DNA of 64,000 nucleotides, taken from Bacteroidota bacterium (GTDB lineage Bacteria; Bacteroidota; Bacteroidia; UKL13-3). Below are positions 1 through 9,184 of the stretch, one piece after another. The position numbers were made by a program, and so were the translations under genes. The notes beneath the pieces were generated by a model. It did no database searches. It was not told the DNA's origin and saw only the letters and a program-made list of their open reading frames with translations. The stretch is taken from positions 3,407 through 67,406 of the forward strand of contig JAIXWW010000006.1 of NCBI GenBank assembly GCA_027491085.1. The letters are read 5' to 3'. How positions within the stretch are numbered: the first letter of the stretch is position 1; the number at the start of each line of letters is the position of its first letter.

Positions 1-92
1 TGGGGAACTTGAAACGTTCAATTTTCAGTATTTGATTTTTGCCATAGTTTAAGGTTCAAATCAAATAATTCCAATAAATCGGGAACGATTTT
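1..92 (-). ncRNA. probable 6S-Flavo (Bacteroidota 6S-like) RNA, 3' end cut off by the window edge
   Basis: Minus strand reads GUUCCCGAUUUAUUGGAAUUAUUUGAUUUGAACCUUAAACUAUGGCAAAAAUCAAAUACUGAAAAUUGAACGUUUCAAGUUCCCCA. It has a UAUUUGAUUU/AAAUCAAAUA stem around GAACC...UAUGGC and matches my recollection of the 6S-Flavo motif. No credible ORF here. Confidence 0.55.
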
Positions 93-302
93 CAATCTAC
101 TTATTAAAATGCTTAGCTATTTTTGCAAAGCAAATACTTTTAGTAATTAAATGCGGGATGCAAAACCGCTCCAACTAGCTAAAAATCAAGTTAAAACTCC
201 TTACTCATCTTAAATCCTCAGTCTCCTTTCTATGGTTAGCCTTCAGAATTCTGATAGTATGATGATTATAATTAATCACGGGTTTTTCTATTTTAGGCCC
301 AT

Positions 303-334
303 AAAAAAACCTGAACCATTTCTGATTCAGGTTT
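303..334 (-). terminator. intrinsic terminator of the PKD/T9SS gene
   Basis: AAACCTGAA/TTCAGGTTT stem with an A7 run on + (U-tract on -), just past the stop at 356. Confidence 0.8.
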
Positions 335-355
335 AGTAAAAAGGTATTATAACTA

Positions 356-2617
356 TTAGTCTTGTTTAAAAACTTTTTTAACTACCGTATTTCCATCTTT
401 CGAAATTATTTTAACTAAATACAAGCCATTGGTGTATTCTGCTATATTTAATTCTGCATTTAAATCGTTAGCCTTTATATTTTTAGTAACTAATAACTTA
501 CCAGTAATATCAAATATTTGAACAGAATTAGGTTTTTGATTTGAATTTGTCCAATCAATTTTAACTATTCCATTAGTTGGGTTTGGATAAACATTGAATG
601 TTGTTGTTTCCTTAACTTTAGGTTGTTGATTAATAGATGTGCTAACTGTATTTTTTCCAATAATTATGTTTATGCCTGAAACTTTATTTACTATATTGTT
701 AATATTAGCCAAAGCAGGAATGGTTTGTTTTCCAGCCATTTCACCCCAAACTTTATAATTTCCAACTGGTACTTTTCCAAAATCAAATTTACCATCTGTA
801 TCGGTATGTGTGTATGATACTGCTTTTCCTTTATCATCAATCAAATAAACCAACATTTTATCAGCAGGTTTACCCACCTCTACAGGACCATTTTGATCAA
901 CAACACCAGTTCCGTATTTAACAAATCCTGAAATAGTTCCATTTCCTGCCGAATCGTAATTAAATGGAATTAAATCAATATCAACAGAATCTCTATTAGA
1001 AGCGATATAAATTACATCAGCTAAATCCCAATTCAGTTTATTTTTGTAATAAGTTGGTAAGTAAAAACCATTATTAATTGGATCGAATGCAAAATCTGCT
1101 TGAACCAGATAATATCCTTTTTTCAAACTGATAGAATAATTACCATTTTCATCAGTGCTGGTATAATTATTTTTATACAATAATCCTGAAACTGAATCAT
1201 AACTATAAACGTAAACTCCCGAATAGAATGCAGGTAAACCGCCTTGTTTAATGGTTCCTCTTAATACATATTCAGGTCCTACACTCACAATTTTTGTGAT
1301 TGAATCAATACAACCAGCAGGATTATTCATTATTAAAGTTACATTGTAACTTCCTTCATTGGCATAAGTATGGTTAAACATTCCGCTGTCTATTCCAGAG
1401 TAGATAAATCCATCACCCCATTTTAAAGTAATATTTGAAGGGACAGAACTACCATATGCTATTGATACATTATAAGCAACTGCACTGAAAGCACTGCTAT
1501 ATATATCAAAATTAGCTTTACAAATTGCTGTTAAGCTATCAATTCTAATGGTTTTACAACTAACTAACTGAACGCCACATAAATTAACATACGAATAAAC
1601 ACAAACCTTATAACTTCCTGTATCGGAATAAATATGCGAAGTAGTGTTGCTTTCCATATAATCTTGGTTTAAATCGCCAAAGTCAATTAAGTATTTTTCG
1701 AACAATGGTTCAGTATTACTTGAAGTTACTGTGAATAATACTTTTTGATAGTTAACTAAACTGTTTAAGCTTATATTACACAATGCTGTATCTGGCTGAC
1801 TTATGGTTTTTTGAATGGTATCGCCACAACTTGGACCAAACATGTATAATTTTACTTCATAATTTCCCGCTGCTGCATATTTGTGAATTGGATCTTTTAA
1901 ATTACTCGCATTTGAATTATCGCCAAATACCCAAGTAAAGTTAACGTTTGTATCAGGGCTGGTGCTTAAGTTTTTAAATTGAAATTGATTATCAATGTAT
2001 TCGAAGTCAAAATCAGCAAAACAAGGCGTGTTAACAATGACATTCAGCGTATCGTGGTATATATCAAAATTATTGTTGCTATCCAAAATAGTTAAACTTA
2101 CTATGTATTGACCAGTAGCATGGTAATTATGTTTTACCAATTTATCATTACTAACTACTCCATCTCCAAAATCCCATTGATAAGTAATGATTGGAGAACC
2201 AGAAGTTATGCTTGAATCACTGAAAAAATAATTACCATTTCCTAAGTCAACAATTCCAAATTTAGCATTCACTTGCTTAGTATTACTAACCAAAATACTG
2301 TCGCAATACATTGCATTACCTGTGCATAAACTATCAACCAAACAAACACGGTATTTACCAGCTTGAGTGTAATTGTGGCTTAATTGATAATCGCCATTGT
2401 TTAAAACTGGGCTGCCATCTCCAAAATTCCAATAAAAGGTATTAATACCAATATGCCATTCTGATTTATTTACAAAAACTACTGTCTTTGCATTTTTGTA
2501 ATAATCAAATTTAGTAGCACATGGCTGCGCCCATAAGGCCATAGCAGTAAGCAGAAAAACTTGCAGTGTTAAAAACACTTTACGTAAATTCATTGTGTTA
2601 AAAATTTTATTTTCCAT
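356..2617 (-). CDS. T9SS-secreted PKD-repeat protein with carboxypeptidase-regulatory-like Ig domains
   Basis: Signal peptide; repeated W(D/N)FGDG...H.Y...G.Y.V PKD motifs; C-terminal VYPNP...GLYLVKI...KKVFK type A CTD. Confidence 0.85.
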   Translation of the reverse strand: MENKIFNTMNLRKVFLTLQVFLLTAMALWAQPCATKFDYYKNAKTVVFVNKSEWHIGINTFYWNFGDGSPVLNNGDYQLSHNYTQAGKYRVCLVDSLCTGNAMYCDSILVSNTKQVNAKFGIVDLGNGNYFFSDSSITSGSPIITYQWDFGDGVVSNDKLVKHNYHATGQYIVSLTILDSNNNFDIYHDTLNVIVNTPCFADFDFEYIDNQFQFKNLSTSPDTNVNFTWVFGDNSNASNLKDPIHKYAAAGNYEVKLYMFGPSCGDTIQKTISQPDTALCNISLNSLVNYQKVLFTVTSSNTEPLFEKYLIDFGDLNQDYMESNTTSHIYSDTGSYKVCVYSYVNLCGVQLVSCKTIRIDSLTAICKANFDIYSSAFSAVAYNVSIAYGSSVPSNITLKWGDGFIYSGIDSGMFNHTYANEGSYNVTLIMNNPAGCIDSITKIVSVGPEYVLRGTIKQGGLPAFYSGVYVYSYDSVSGLLYKNNYTSTDENGNYSISLKKGYYLVQADFAFDPINNGFYLPTYYKNKLNWDLADVIYIASNRDSVDIDLIPFNYDSAGNGTISGFVKYGTGVVDQNGPVEVGKPADKMLVYLIDDKGKAVSYTHTDTDGKFDFGKVPVGNYKVWGEMAGKQTIPALANINNIVNKVSGINIIIGKNTVSTSINQQPKVKETTTFNVYPNPTNGIVKIDWTNSNQKPNSVQIFDITGKLLVTKNIKANDLNAELNIAEYTNGLYLVKIISKDGNTVVKKVFKQD

Positions 2618-2642
2618 GTTTTATAAATTAATTGTTTTTTCT

Positions 2643-3965
2643 TTAAAAATTATACTTTAAACCGGTTTGTATTTGTAAGGTATTGGGCTGGAATAAAGAG
2701 CCATTTAAGTAGTTTAAATAATTAGCCGAAACATTAAGCGCCCAATTATGATAAAGTTTTTGGTAAGCACCCACACCTAAAGTTGGCTCAAATAACAATT
2801 GATAATTATTGTTACTTTGTCTAGTTTCATTAACCAATCCAATATTTTTTACATTTGTTTCTAATTGATAAACTACTGTTCCTGTAATACCTAAAGCCCC
2901 ATAAACTCCACATTTTTCATTTCCTAATTGATAGCGTATTTCTATTGGTAAATTGTAAAAAGCTACACTATTTTGATATGAATTATTGGTCTGGTGCTCC
3001 ACATTTTTTTCACTTGTAACAGTATCTATTTGCATCATTAGTCTTTTGTAAAAGGCATTATATTTAATGGTGGTATCAATGCTTTCAATATGCTTTTCGG
3101 TGGTTAAAAACGCGCTTTTATTGATTTCTGTTTGATTAAAAAACAAAGCACTTAAACCAAAATTAAAACTCCAATTTTTTCTTATATTAAACCCAGAATT
3201 AATACCTATACCATTAAAATATGGATTAACTGAATTATTTAGTTGTTTATATACATTGCTTTGCAACAAATAACCTAATTCCAAATAAGCCAAGTTTACC
3301 ATTGATTGACCTCTGGTTTTTATGGTTTTATTTTTTGCTGAATCAATATCTAATGAATAAATTTTAGTTCTTATTGCATTTTTATTTTCAATACTTATCA
3401 ATTGTGGCTGATTCAAAATGAATGCATTATTGCTGCTTGCTAAAATGGTTATATCACTATAATTCTTAATCAATTCACTGCGGCCCTTTGTAAGAATAAG
3501 TATATTTTGATTTGAAACATTTACACTATTACTATTTTTATTTATTATATTATTTTTTTGAATAATTTGCTTAGCAACTGCAATACCATCTTCCTTATTA
3601 TTTGATTGTAATTTAGTTTTATTATTGGCAACTTCAGGTGTTGATAAATTACGTTTTTCTGAATTAGTAAATGGAGCACTTGTAACTTTATCTTTAATAA
3701 TTTCTTTCGTATTTATGGGTTTTATCATACTTAACTGTTCATTAGTAATTGAATTTAAATAAAAAGTATAAAAACCAAATAAAGAAACAGTTAAAACACT
3801 TAACCAAATAAAAATGCTCATTTTACGTTTTTTATTGCCCTGCTTGTGGGCACGATAAGCCTTATCAAAGCTATCCCAGTCACCATTGGTAGGCTGCTTT
3901 GGCGTTACTTGGCTAATTTTATCAGCCAGTAATTTTAAAAACTCATCTTCGTTGTTATAAAACAT
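2643..3965 (-). CDS. putative anti-sigma factor: N-terminal cytoplasmic segment, one TM helix, low-complexity linker, C-terminal outer-membrane beta-barrel
   Basis: Overlaps the ECF stop by 11 nt; KKRK then a hydrophobic helix at about aa 48-69; alternating beta-strands ending in IQTGLKYNF (terminal Phe). Confidence 0.65.
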   Translation of the reverse strand: MFYNNEDEFLKLLADKISQVTPKQPTNGDWDSFDKAYRAHKQGNKKRKMSIFIWLSVLTVSLFGFYTFYLNSITNEQLSMIKPINTKEIIKDKVTSAPFTNSEKRNLSTPEVANNKTKLQSNNKEDGIAVAKQIIQKNNIINKNSNSVNVSNQNILILTKGRSELIKNYSDITILASSNNAFILNQPQLISIENKNAIRTKIYSLDIDSAKNKTIKTRGQSMVNLAYLELGYLLQSNVYKQLNNSVNPYFNGIGINSGFNIRKNWSFNFGLSALFFNQTEINKSAFLTTEKHIESIDTTIKYNAFYKRLMMQIDTVTSEKNVEHQTNNSYQNSVAFYNLPIEIRYQLGNEKCGVYGALGITGTVVYQLETNVKNIGLVNETRQSNNNYQLLFEPTLGVGAYQKLYHNWALNVSANYLNYLNGSLFQPNTLQIQTGLKYNF

Positions 3966-4512
3966 ACGTATTTAAACTATTAACTAATTTTTTTAAAATG
4001 GCTCTTCCTTTCGATAATTGCGATTTGGATGTTCCCTCACTAATGCCCAAATTTTGACTTATTTGCTTATGGCTTAAACCTCCAATGGCATATAAATTAA
4101 CCACTGTTCGATAGCCATCGGGTAATTTCTGCAATAAACTCAAAGCTTCATCGGGCGAAAGTTCTTTTACCAATTCGTTATCAAAATCGGGTAAATCGGG
4201 AACCAAAAACTCATTTTCGCTAATAGGTAAAAATGAATTTTTATTTTTTGCTTTTAAGTAATTTATGGCATGGTTAACCATTATCCTGCTTAACCAAGTA
4301 GTCAAGCTACTTTCACCTTTAAATTTTTTTATTCCTTCAAAAGCTTTTATAAATCCTTCTTGTAAAATATCTTTAGCTTCATCTTCATTTTTGGCAAACC
4401 TGATACAAATAGCAAACATTTTAGAATAGTATTTATCAAAAAACAGGCGTTGAAAACGACTATCTTCCTTGATACAACCTAATATGATTTCTTGATCGGT
4501 AAAATCCTTCAT
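3955..4512 (-). CDS. ECF-type RNA polymerase sigma-70 factor
   Basis: Region 2 EAKDILQEGFIKAF...TWLSRIMVN; region 4 LPDGYRTVVNLY...GISEGTSKSQLSKGR. Confidence 0.93.
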   Translation of the reverse strand: MKDFTDQEIILGCIKEDSRFQRLFFDKYYSKMFAICIRFAKNEDEAKDILQEGFIKAFEGIKKFKGESSLTTWLSRIMVNHAINYLKAKNKNSFLPISENEFLVPDLPDFDNELVKELSPDEALSLLQKLPDGYRTVVNLYAIGGLSHKQISQNLGISEGTSKSQLSKGRAILKKLVNSLNTYVL

Positions 4513-4529
4513 TCCATTTATTGCTAAAT

Positions 4530-4554
4530 AGACACACTTTTATAAAAAGGTTGC
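4530..4554 (-). promoter_or_regulatory. putative ECF-dependent autoregulatory promoter
   Basis: GCAACC-N14-TGTCT on the minus strand, 17 nt upstream of the sigma ATG. Confidence 0.6.
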
Positions 4555-4920
4555 CTCGTAACTTCTTGTTTTTTAAAAAAAACAAAAAAATTAATAAAAA
4601 GATTTGACAATGAAGAATTTAATAAAGTCAGGATTATTCAACAATATTTTAAATTTCCATTGCAAGCTTATTTCAATTCGTGAAACAACAAATATTATTG
4701 TTCCACAACTATTTTATTAACTATTAGCACTCTGCAAAACCAAAGCTCAGTTATCAACACACATGTTGACAAGGAGTGCATATGTTACCTTGCCAAATGG
4801 CGTTATTTGGTTAGAAGAAAACTTAAAAATAATTGGTGTTTATTTAAAAACCAATTGGTTAAATACTAAATATTTTAATTTCAAAAAAAAATATAAAATT
4901 ACGTTGAACAAATACTTAGC

Positions 4921-5733
4921 ATGGCAAAAATAATAGCAATAGCAAATCAAAAAGGTGGAGTTGGAAAAACTACAACTGCCATTAATTTATCGGCAAGTTT
5001 AGCAGCTTTAGAGTTTAAAACTTTATTGGTTGATGCTGACCCTCAGGCAAATTCGGCTTCGGGTACAGGATTTGATCCACGTGAAGTTTCAACTGGTTTG
5101 TACGAAGTGATGGTTAATGAGACTCCAACCTCTAATGCAATAGTTCATACGGAGCTGCAATACATGGATTTACTCCCTTCAAATATCGACTTGGTTGGTG
5201 CTGAAATTGAATTGGTTAATTTACCTAACAGAGAAAAGTTGTTAAAATTTGCATTAGATTCTATTAGAAAAGATTACGATTTTATCATTATTGATTGCTC
5301 GCCAAGTTTAGGTTTAATTACCACCAATGCTTTAGTAGCTAGCGATAGTGTTATAGTTCCAGTTCAGTGCGAGTATTTTGCACTAGAGGGTTTAGGTAAA
5401 TTACTAAACACCATTAAAATTGTACAACAAAGTTTAAATACCAATTTACAAATTGAAGGTATATTATTAACCATGTACGATATGCGTTTACGCTTAAGTA
5501 ACCAAGTGGTTGAAGAGGTTAAAATGCATTTTCAACAATTGGTTTTTGATACCATTATTCAACGTAATACTAAGTTAAGCGAGGCTCCAAGTTTTGGTAA
5601 ACCTGTAATTCTTCATGATGCAGAAAGTCGTGGCTCTATTAATTACATGAATCTTGCAAAAGAATTATTAGCAAAAAATGGCTTAATTGAGGGTTTTAAT
5701 AATCCAAATTCAGACACACAATCGTTAAATTAG
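4921..5733 (+). CDS. parA: chromosome partitioning ATPase ParA/Soj
   Basis: NQKGGVGKTTT deviant Walker A, DPQAN, DCSPSLG. Confidence 0.96.
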   Translation: MAKIIAIANQKGGVGKTTTAINLSASLAALEFKTLLVDADPQANSASGTGFDPREVSTGLYEVMVNETPTSNAIVHTELQYMDLLPSNIDLVGAEIELVNLPNREKLLKFALDSIRKDYDFIIIDCSPSLGLITTNALVASDSVIVPVQCEYFALEGLGKLLNTIKIVQQSLNTNLQIEGILLTMYDMRLRLSNQVVEEVKMHFQQLVFDTIIQRNTKLSEAPSFGKPVILHDAESRGSINYMNLAKELLAKNGLIEGFNNPNSDTQSLN

Positions 5734-5763
5734 TAGTCAAAAAAAGTAGTAGAAAGATATAAA

Positions 5764-6675
5764 ATGAGTAACCCACGCAGAAACGCATTAGGACGAGGAT
5801 TAAGTGCATTACTTGAAAATGCCGCAACTGATATTACAACAACCGAATCGAAGCCGGTTAATTCTATTAGCGAAGTTCCTATTTCGCAAGTAGAAGCAAA
5901 TCCCTTCCAACCCAGAACGGATTTTAAAGAAGAAGAATTAAACGAATTAGCAGAAAGTATTAAGGTACATGGAGTAATTCAACCTATTACTGTTCGTAAA
6001 ATTGGATTTGATAGGTACCAATTAATTAGTGGAGAACGCAGAACGCGCGCCTCTCGAATTGCAGGTTTAGAAAAAATTCCGGCATATATTCGCTTAGCTG
6101 ATGATCAAGGAATGCTAGAAATGGCATTGATTGAAAATATTCAACGCGAAAATTTAAACGCTATGGAAGTGGCTTTAAGTTACAAACGTCTTATGGATGA
6201 ATGTAAATTAAACCAAGAGGAATTAGGCGATAGAGTAGGTAAAAACCGCAGTACAGTTAATAATTACATGCGTTTATTAAAACTGCCTGATAATATTCAA
6301 GCAGCCTTAAGAGATGATAAAATTTCGATGGGTCACGCACGTGCCATAATAAACATTGACAATGCAGATGAACAGCAATATTTATTCAATGAAATGGTTT
6401 TAAAAGATTTATCGGTGCGCCAGGTAGAAGCTCTGGTGCGCGAGGCTAGTGAAAGAGCAAAACAAGATCAATCACTAATTGAAGATGAAAAACCTAAAAG
6501 CAAAAAAGTTTCAAAACTACCTTTAAGTGAAGTAGTAACTGAGTTTCAAAAACTATTAACTGATAAATTTGGTAATAAGGTAAAAATTACCAATGATGAA
6601 AAAGGAAAAGGAAATATTACTATTCCTTTTAAATCTGAAGCCGATTTGAATAAAATTTTAGATATGCTATCGTAA
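5764..6675 (+). CDS. parB: chromosome partitioning protein ParB/Spo0J
   Basis: LGRGLSALL, NPFQPR, GERR, IENIQRENL; directly follows parA. Confidence 0.96.
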   Translation: MSNPRRNALGRGLSALLENAATDITTTESKPVNSISEVPISQVEANPFQPRTDFKEEELNELAESIKVHGVIQPITVRKIGFDRYQLISGERRTRASRIAGLEKIPAYIRLADDQGMLEMALIENIQRENLNAMEVALSYKRLMDECKLNQEELGDRVGKNRSTVNNYMRLLKLPDNIQAALRDDKISMGHARAIINIDNADEQQYLFNEMVLKDLSVRQVEALVREASERAKQDQSLIEDEKPKSKKVSKLPLSEVVTEFQKLLTDKFGNKVKITNDEKGKGNITIPFKSEADLNKILDMLS

Positions 6676-6687
6676 TTGATTCTATAT

Positions 6688-6719
6688 AAAAAGCCAACTT
6701 TAATAAAGTTGGCTTTTTT
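6688..6719. terminator. bidirectional intrinsic terminator
   Basis: AAAAAGCCAACTTT-AAT-AAAGTTGGCTTTTTT between convergent parB and MBL genes. Confidence 0.85.
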
Positions 6720-6721
6720 AT

Positions 6722-7876
6722 CTAAAACTCCCACCAAATGCTGTCAGGATAATTTTCATTAATTGTAATTACTTCTCCAATCAATGGCGTTGTTATAGGC
6801 ATATTCATTTCTTTGGCCCTAGCTGTTACTTTTTTTATAGGCTCATTCCAAGGATGCAAAGCCAAAGTAAATTTACTCCAATGTACGGGCATTAATACGT
6901 TAGCTTTTAAATCAATGGCAGCTTGAACCACCTCTTCAGGCATCATGTGAATATAACCCCACATTTTATTGTATTGACCACATTCTAATATAGCCAAATC
7001 AAAGGGACCATATTTTTGTCCAATTTCCTTAAAATGAGTATCAAATCCACTATCCCCTCCTAAAAATATTTTTTCGGTGGGAGTTTGTAAAATATATGAA
7101 GCCCATAAACTTTGATTTCTTTTGAATTTCCTGCCCGAAAAATGACGACTTGGAGCAGCCGTTAGAATTACATTATCGGTAACTTTTATTGAGTCCCACC
7201 AATCAAATTCAGTAATAAGCGAGTCGTTAATACCCCATAAATTTAAATGTGCCCCTGCCCCTAGCGAAGTATAAAAATGTTTAGTTTTATTTTTTAGTTC
7301 TGTTATCGTTTTATAATCCATATGATCGTAATGATCGTGTGTAATGATAACCAAATCTATTTGAGGGAAATCGCTTATTTTATATTCATTGCTACCGCTA
7401 AAATTTTTTCCAAAAAAACTAACAGGCGAAGCATTGCCACTAAAAACAGGATCTACCAAAACAGTCAAACCATTGGTTTTTATTAAATAACTTGAATGTC
7501 CAAACCAAATAATTTGAGTTTTATTAGTTTCAAGATTATTTAAATTGGTTTTTACAAAAGGTAATGAATGTGGTGGTTCCGTGTTTTTGGGTTTATTTAA
7601 ATACGCTTTTAAAATATCCCAGTAACTAGTGCCTTCTGTTAAATCAGGCGTAAAATGTTGGTTTTGGAAAGATCCATCTCGGTAATTGGGTGACTTTTTT
7701 ATTCGTTCCAATCTGGTTCCAGTTGGCAATTGTCCAAATTGTTTTTGTTCTAAAAACAAATAGCTTCCTGTTGATAAACTAAGTAAAATTGCAATAAATA
7801 TTATCATCCGTTTTTTTGTTTTTGACACTTGTTTAATGTTTAATAATTTACAAATGAAACCAATTATTAGTTTCAA
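6722..7876 (-). CDS. MBL-fold metallo-hydrolase (RomA/NAPE-PLD-like); true start probably near 7807
   Basis: WFGHSS, THDHYDHMD, SRHFSGR, GDSG, HMMPEE, PVHW motifs. Confidence 0.85.
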   Translation of the reverse strand: MKLIIGFICKLLNIKQVSKTKKRMIIFIAILLSLSTGSYLFLEQKQFGQLPTGTRLERIKKSPNYRDGSFQNQHFTPDLTEGTSYWDILKAYLNKPKNTEPPHSLPFVKTNLNNLETNKTQIIWFGHSSYLIKTNGLTVLVDPVFSGNASPVSFFGKNFSGSNEYKISDFPQIDLVIITHDHYDHMDYKTITELKNKTKHFYTSLGAGAHLNLWGINDSLITEFDWWDSIKVTDNVILTAAPSRHFSGRKFKRNQSLWASYILQTPTEKIFLGGDSGFDTHFKEIGQKYGPFDLAILECGQYNKMWGYIHMMPEEVVQAAIDLKANVLMPVHWSKFTLALHPWNEPIKKVTARAKEMNMPITTPLIGEVITINENYPDSIWWEF

Positions 7877-7925
7877 TTAAACCTTAGTTTTATAATATCA
7901 GCCGAATAATTATATAGACGGAAAA

Positions 7926-8501
7926 TTATCGATACAAATTATTTTCGTCTATAAATTCTTTAACAACTTTTGGCACCAAATACCTAATTGATTTACCTGC
8001 TTGCAATGTTTCTCTGATATAAGTAGATGAAATATTGAGTAAAGGAACCTCGTATAAACTTATTTTTTTGTGGTTGGCTAATAATGGATTTTCATGAAAT
8101 CCCGCTCTGCGGTAAACGAATAGCTGATAGTTTTCTAAAATACTTTCGTAGTTTTTCCATAAATGAAAACTCTGCAAATTATCGCCACCAATAATGGGAG
8201 TAAATTGGTGTTCAGGATATTTTTCGACAATCGTTGTTAAAGTTAAATAGGTGTAATTGGGTTTGGGCATTCCAAATTCAATATTGCATGCTTCAAATCT
8301 GTTATCATCGGCAATGGCCATTTCTATCATTTTTAAACGCAAATTTTCATCCAATAATTCATCATTTACTTTAAATGGATTTTGCGGACTTACCACAAAC
8401 CAAATTTTATCCAACTCGGTATATTCTACCATGTAATTGGCTATTAATAAATGCCCTGTATGAATGGGATTAAACGACCCAAATAACAAACCTATTTTCA
8501 T
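7926..8501 (-). CDS. nadD: nicotinate-nucleotide adenylyltransferase
   Basis: GSFNPIHTGH, SPQNPFK, ISSTYIR. Confidence 0.95.
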   Translation of the reverse strand: MKIGLLFGSFNPIHTGHLLIANYMVEYTELDKIWFVVSPQNPFKVNDELLDENLRLKMIEMAIADDNRFEACNIEFGMPKPNYTYLTLTTIVEKYPEHQFTPIIGGDNLQSFHLWKNYESILENYQLFVYRRAGFHENPLLANHKKISLYEVPLLNISSTYIRETLQAGKSIRYLVPKVVKEFIDENNLYR

Positions 8502-8504
8502 TAT

Positions 8505-9068
8505 CTATTTTGCTATAAAGTCATTTACTAATTGTTCTGCTTTTTGCAATGCTTCAGGTAAATTTTCGTTTAATAACACCGTTTCAAACTTATTTTCGTA
8601 AGCCAATTCCAACACAGCTTTACCAATTCTAACTTGCAAGGTTTCTTCAGTTTCGGTAGAACGTTCTTTTAACCTTTGCGCCAAAATTTCCACACTTGGT
8701 GGTTTTACAAAAATGGCCAAGGCTTTATCTTCAAAGTGCTTTTTAAGGTTCAATCCACCTACTACATCTACATCAAAAATCACTACTTTACCTTCAGCCC
8801 AAATCCTATCAATTTCAGACTTTAAAGTACCGTAAAAATTACCTCCATACACCTCTTCGTACTCTAAAAACTCTCCATGAACCAGTTTGTTTTTAAAATC
8901 TTCGTGAGTTAAAAAATAATAATCTTTACCGTGCACTTCATTGGCTCTTTGCGCGCGTGTACAAGCTGATACTGAAAAAGCCAACTGCTTATTTACACTT
9001 AATAAATGTTTTACAATGGTGGTTTTTCCGCTGCCACTTGGCGCACAAAATATAATTACTTTATTCAT
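8505..9068 (-). CDS. gmk: guanylate kinase
   Basis: APSGSGKTT, SACTR, GKDYYF, YGTL. Confidence 0.96.
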   Translation of the reverse strand: MNKVIIFCAPSGSGKTTIVKHLLSVNKQLAFSVSACTRAQRANEVHGKDYYFLTHEDFKNKLVHGEFLEYEEVYGGNFYGTLKSEIDRIWAEGKVVIFDVDVVGGLNLKKHFEDKALAIFVKPPSVEILAQRLKERSTETEETLQVRIGKAVLELAYENKFETVLLNENLPEALQKAEQLVNDFIAK

Positions 9069-9087
9069 TTATTCTATTCTATATCTC

Positions 9088-9115
9088 CAGCAGATTTCGC
9101 AGATAAACGCAGAAA
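9088..9115 (+). repeat. short 9-10-nt period repeat (GCAGA)x3
   Basis: CAGCAGATTTCGCAGATAAACGCAGAAA between yicC and gmk; related to the CACAGATT repeat near 53945. Confidence 0.5.
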
Positions 9116-9184
9116 TTGCCGGTTACTTTAATTATTATTTTAACAAATCAATCAAATTTTCTTTGAAATCTTTGGCTAAAGTAC

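Noticed and set aside
118-300. Possible + strand sRNA or 20-aa ORF (MRDAKPLQLAKNQVKTPYSS) after a TATTTTTG box
   Set aside because: No -33 element, no recognisable motif or homology; cannot be supported from sequence alone
4513-4920. oriC next to parAB
   Set aside because: Only degenerate DnaA boxes are present, and an origin here would put the minus-strand ribosomal superoperon head-on to replication
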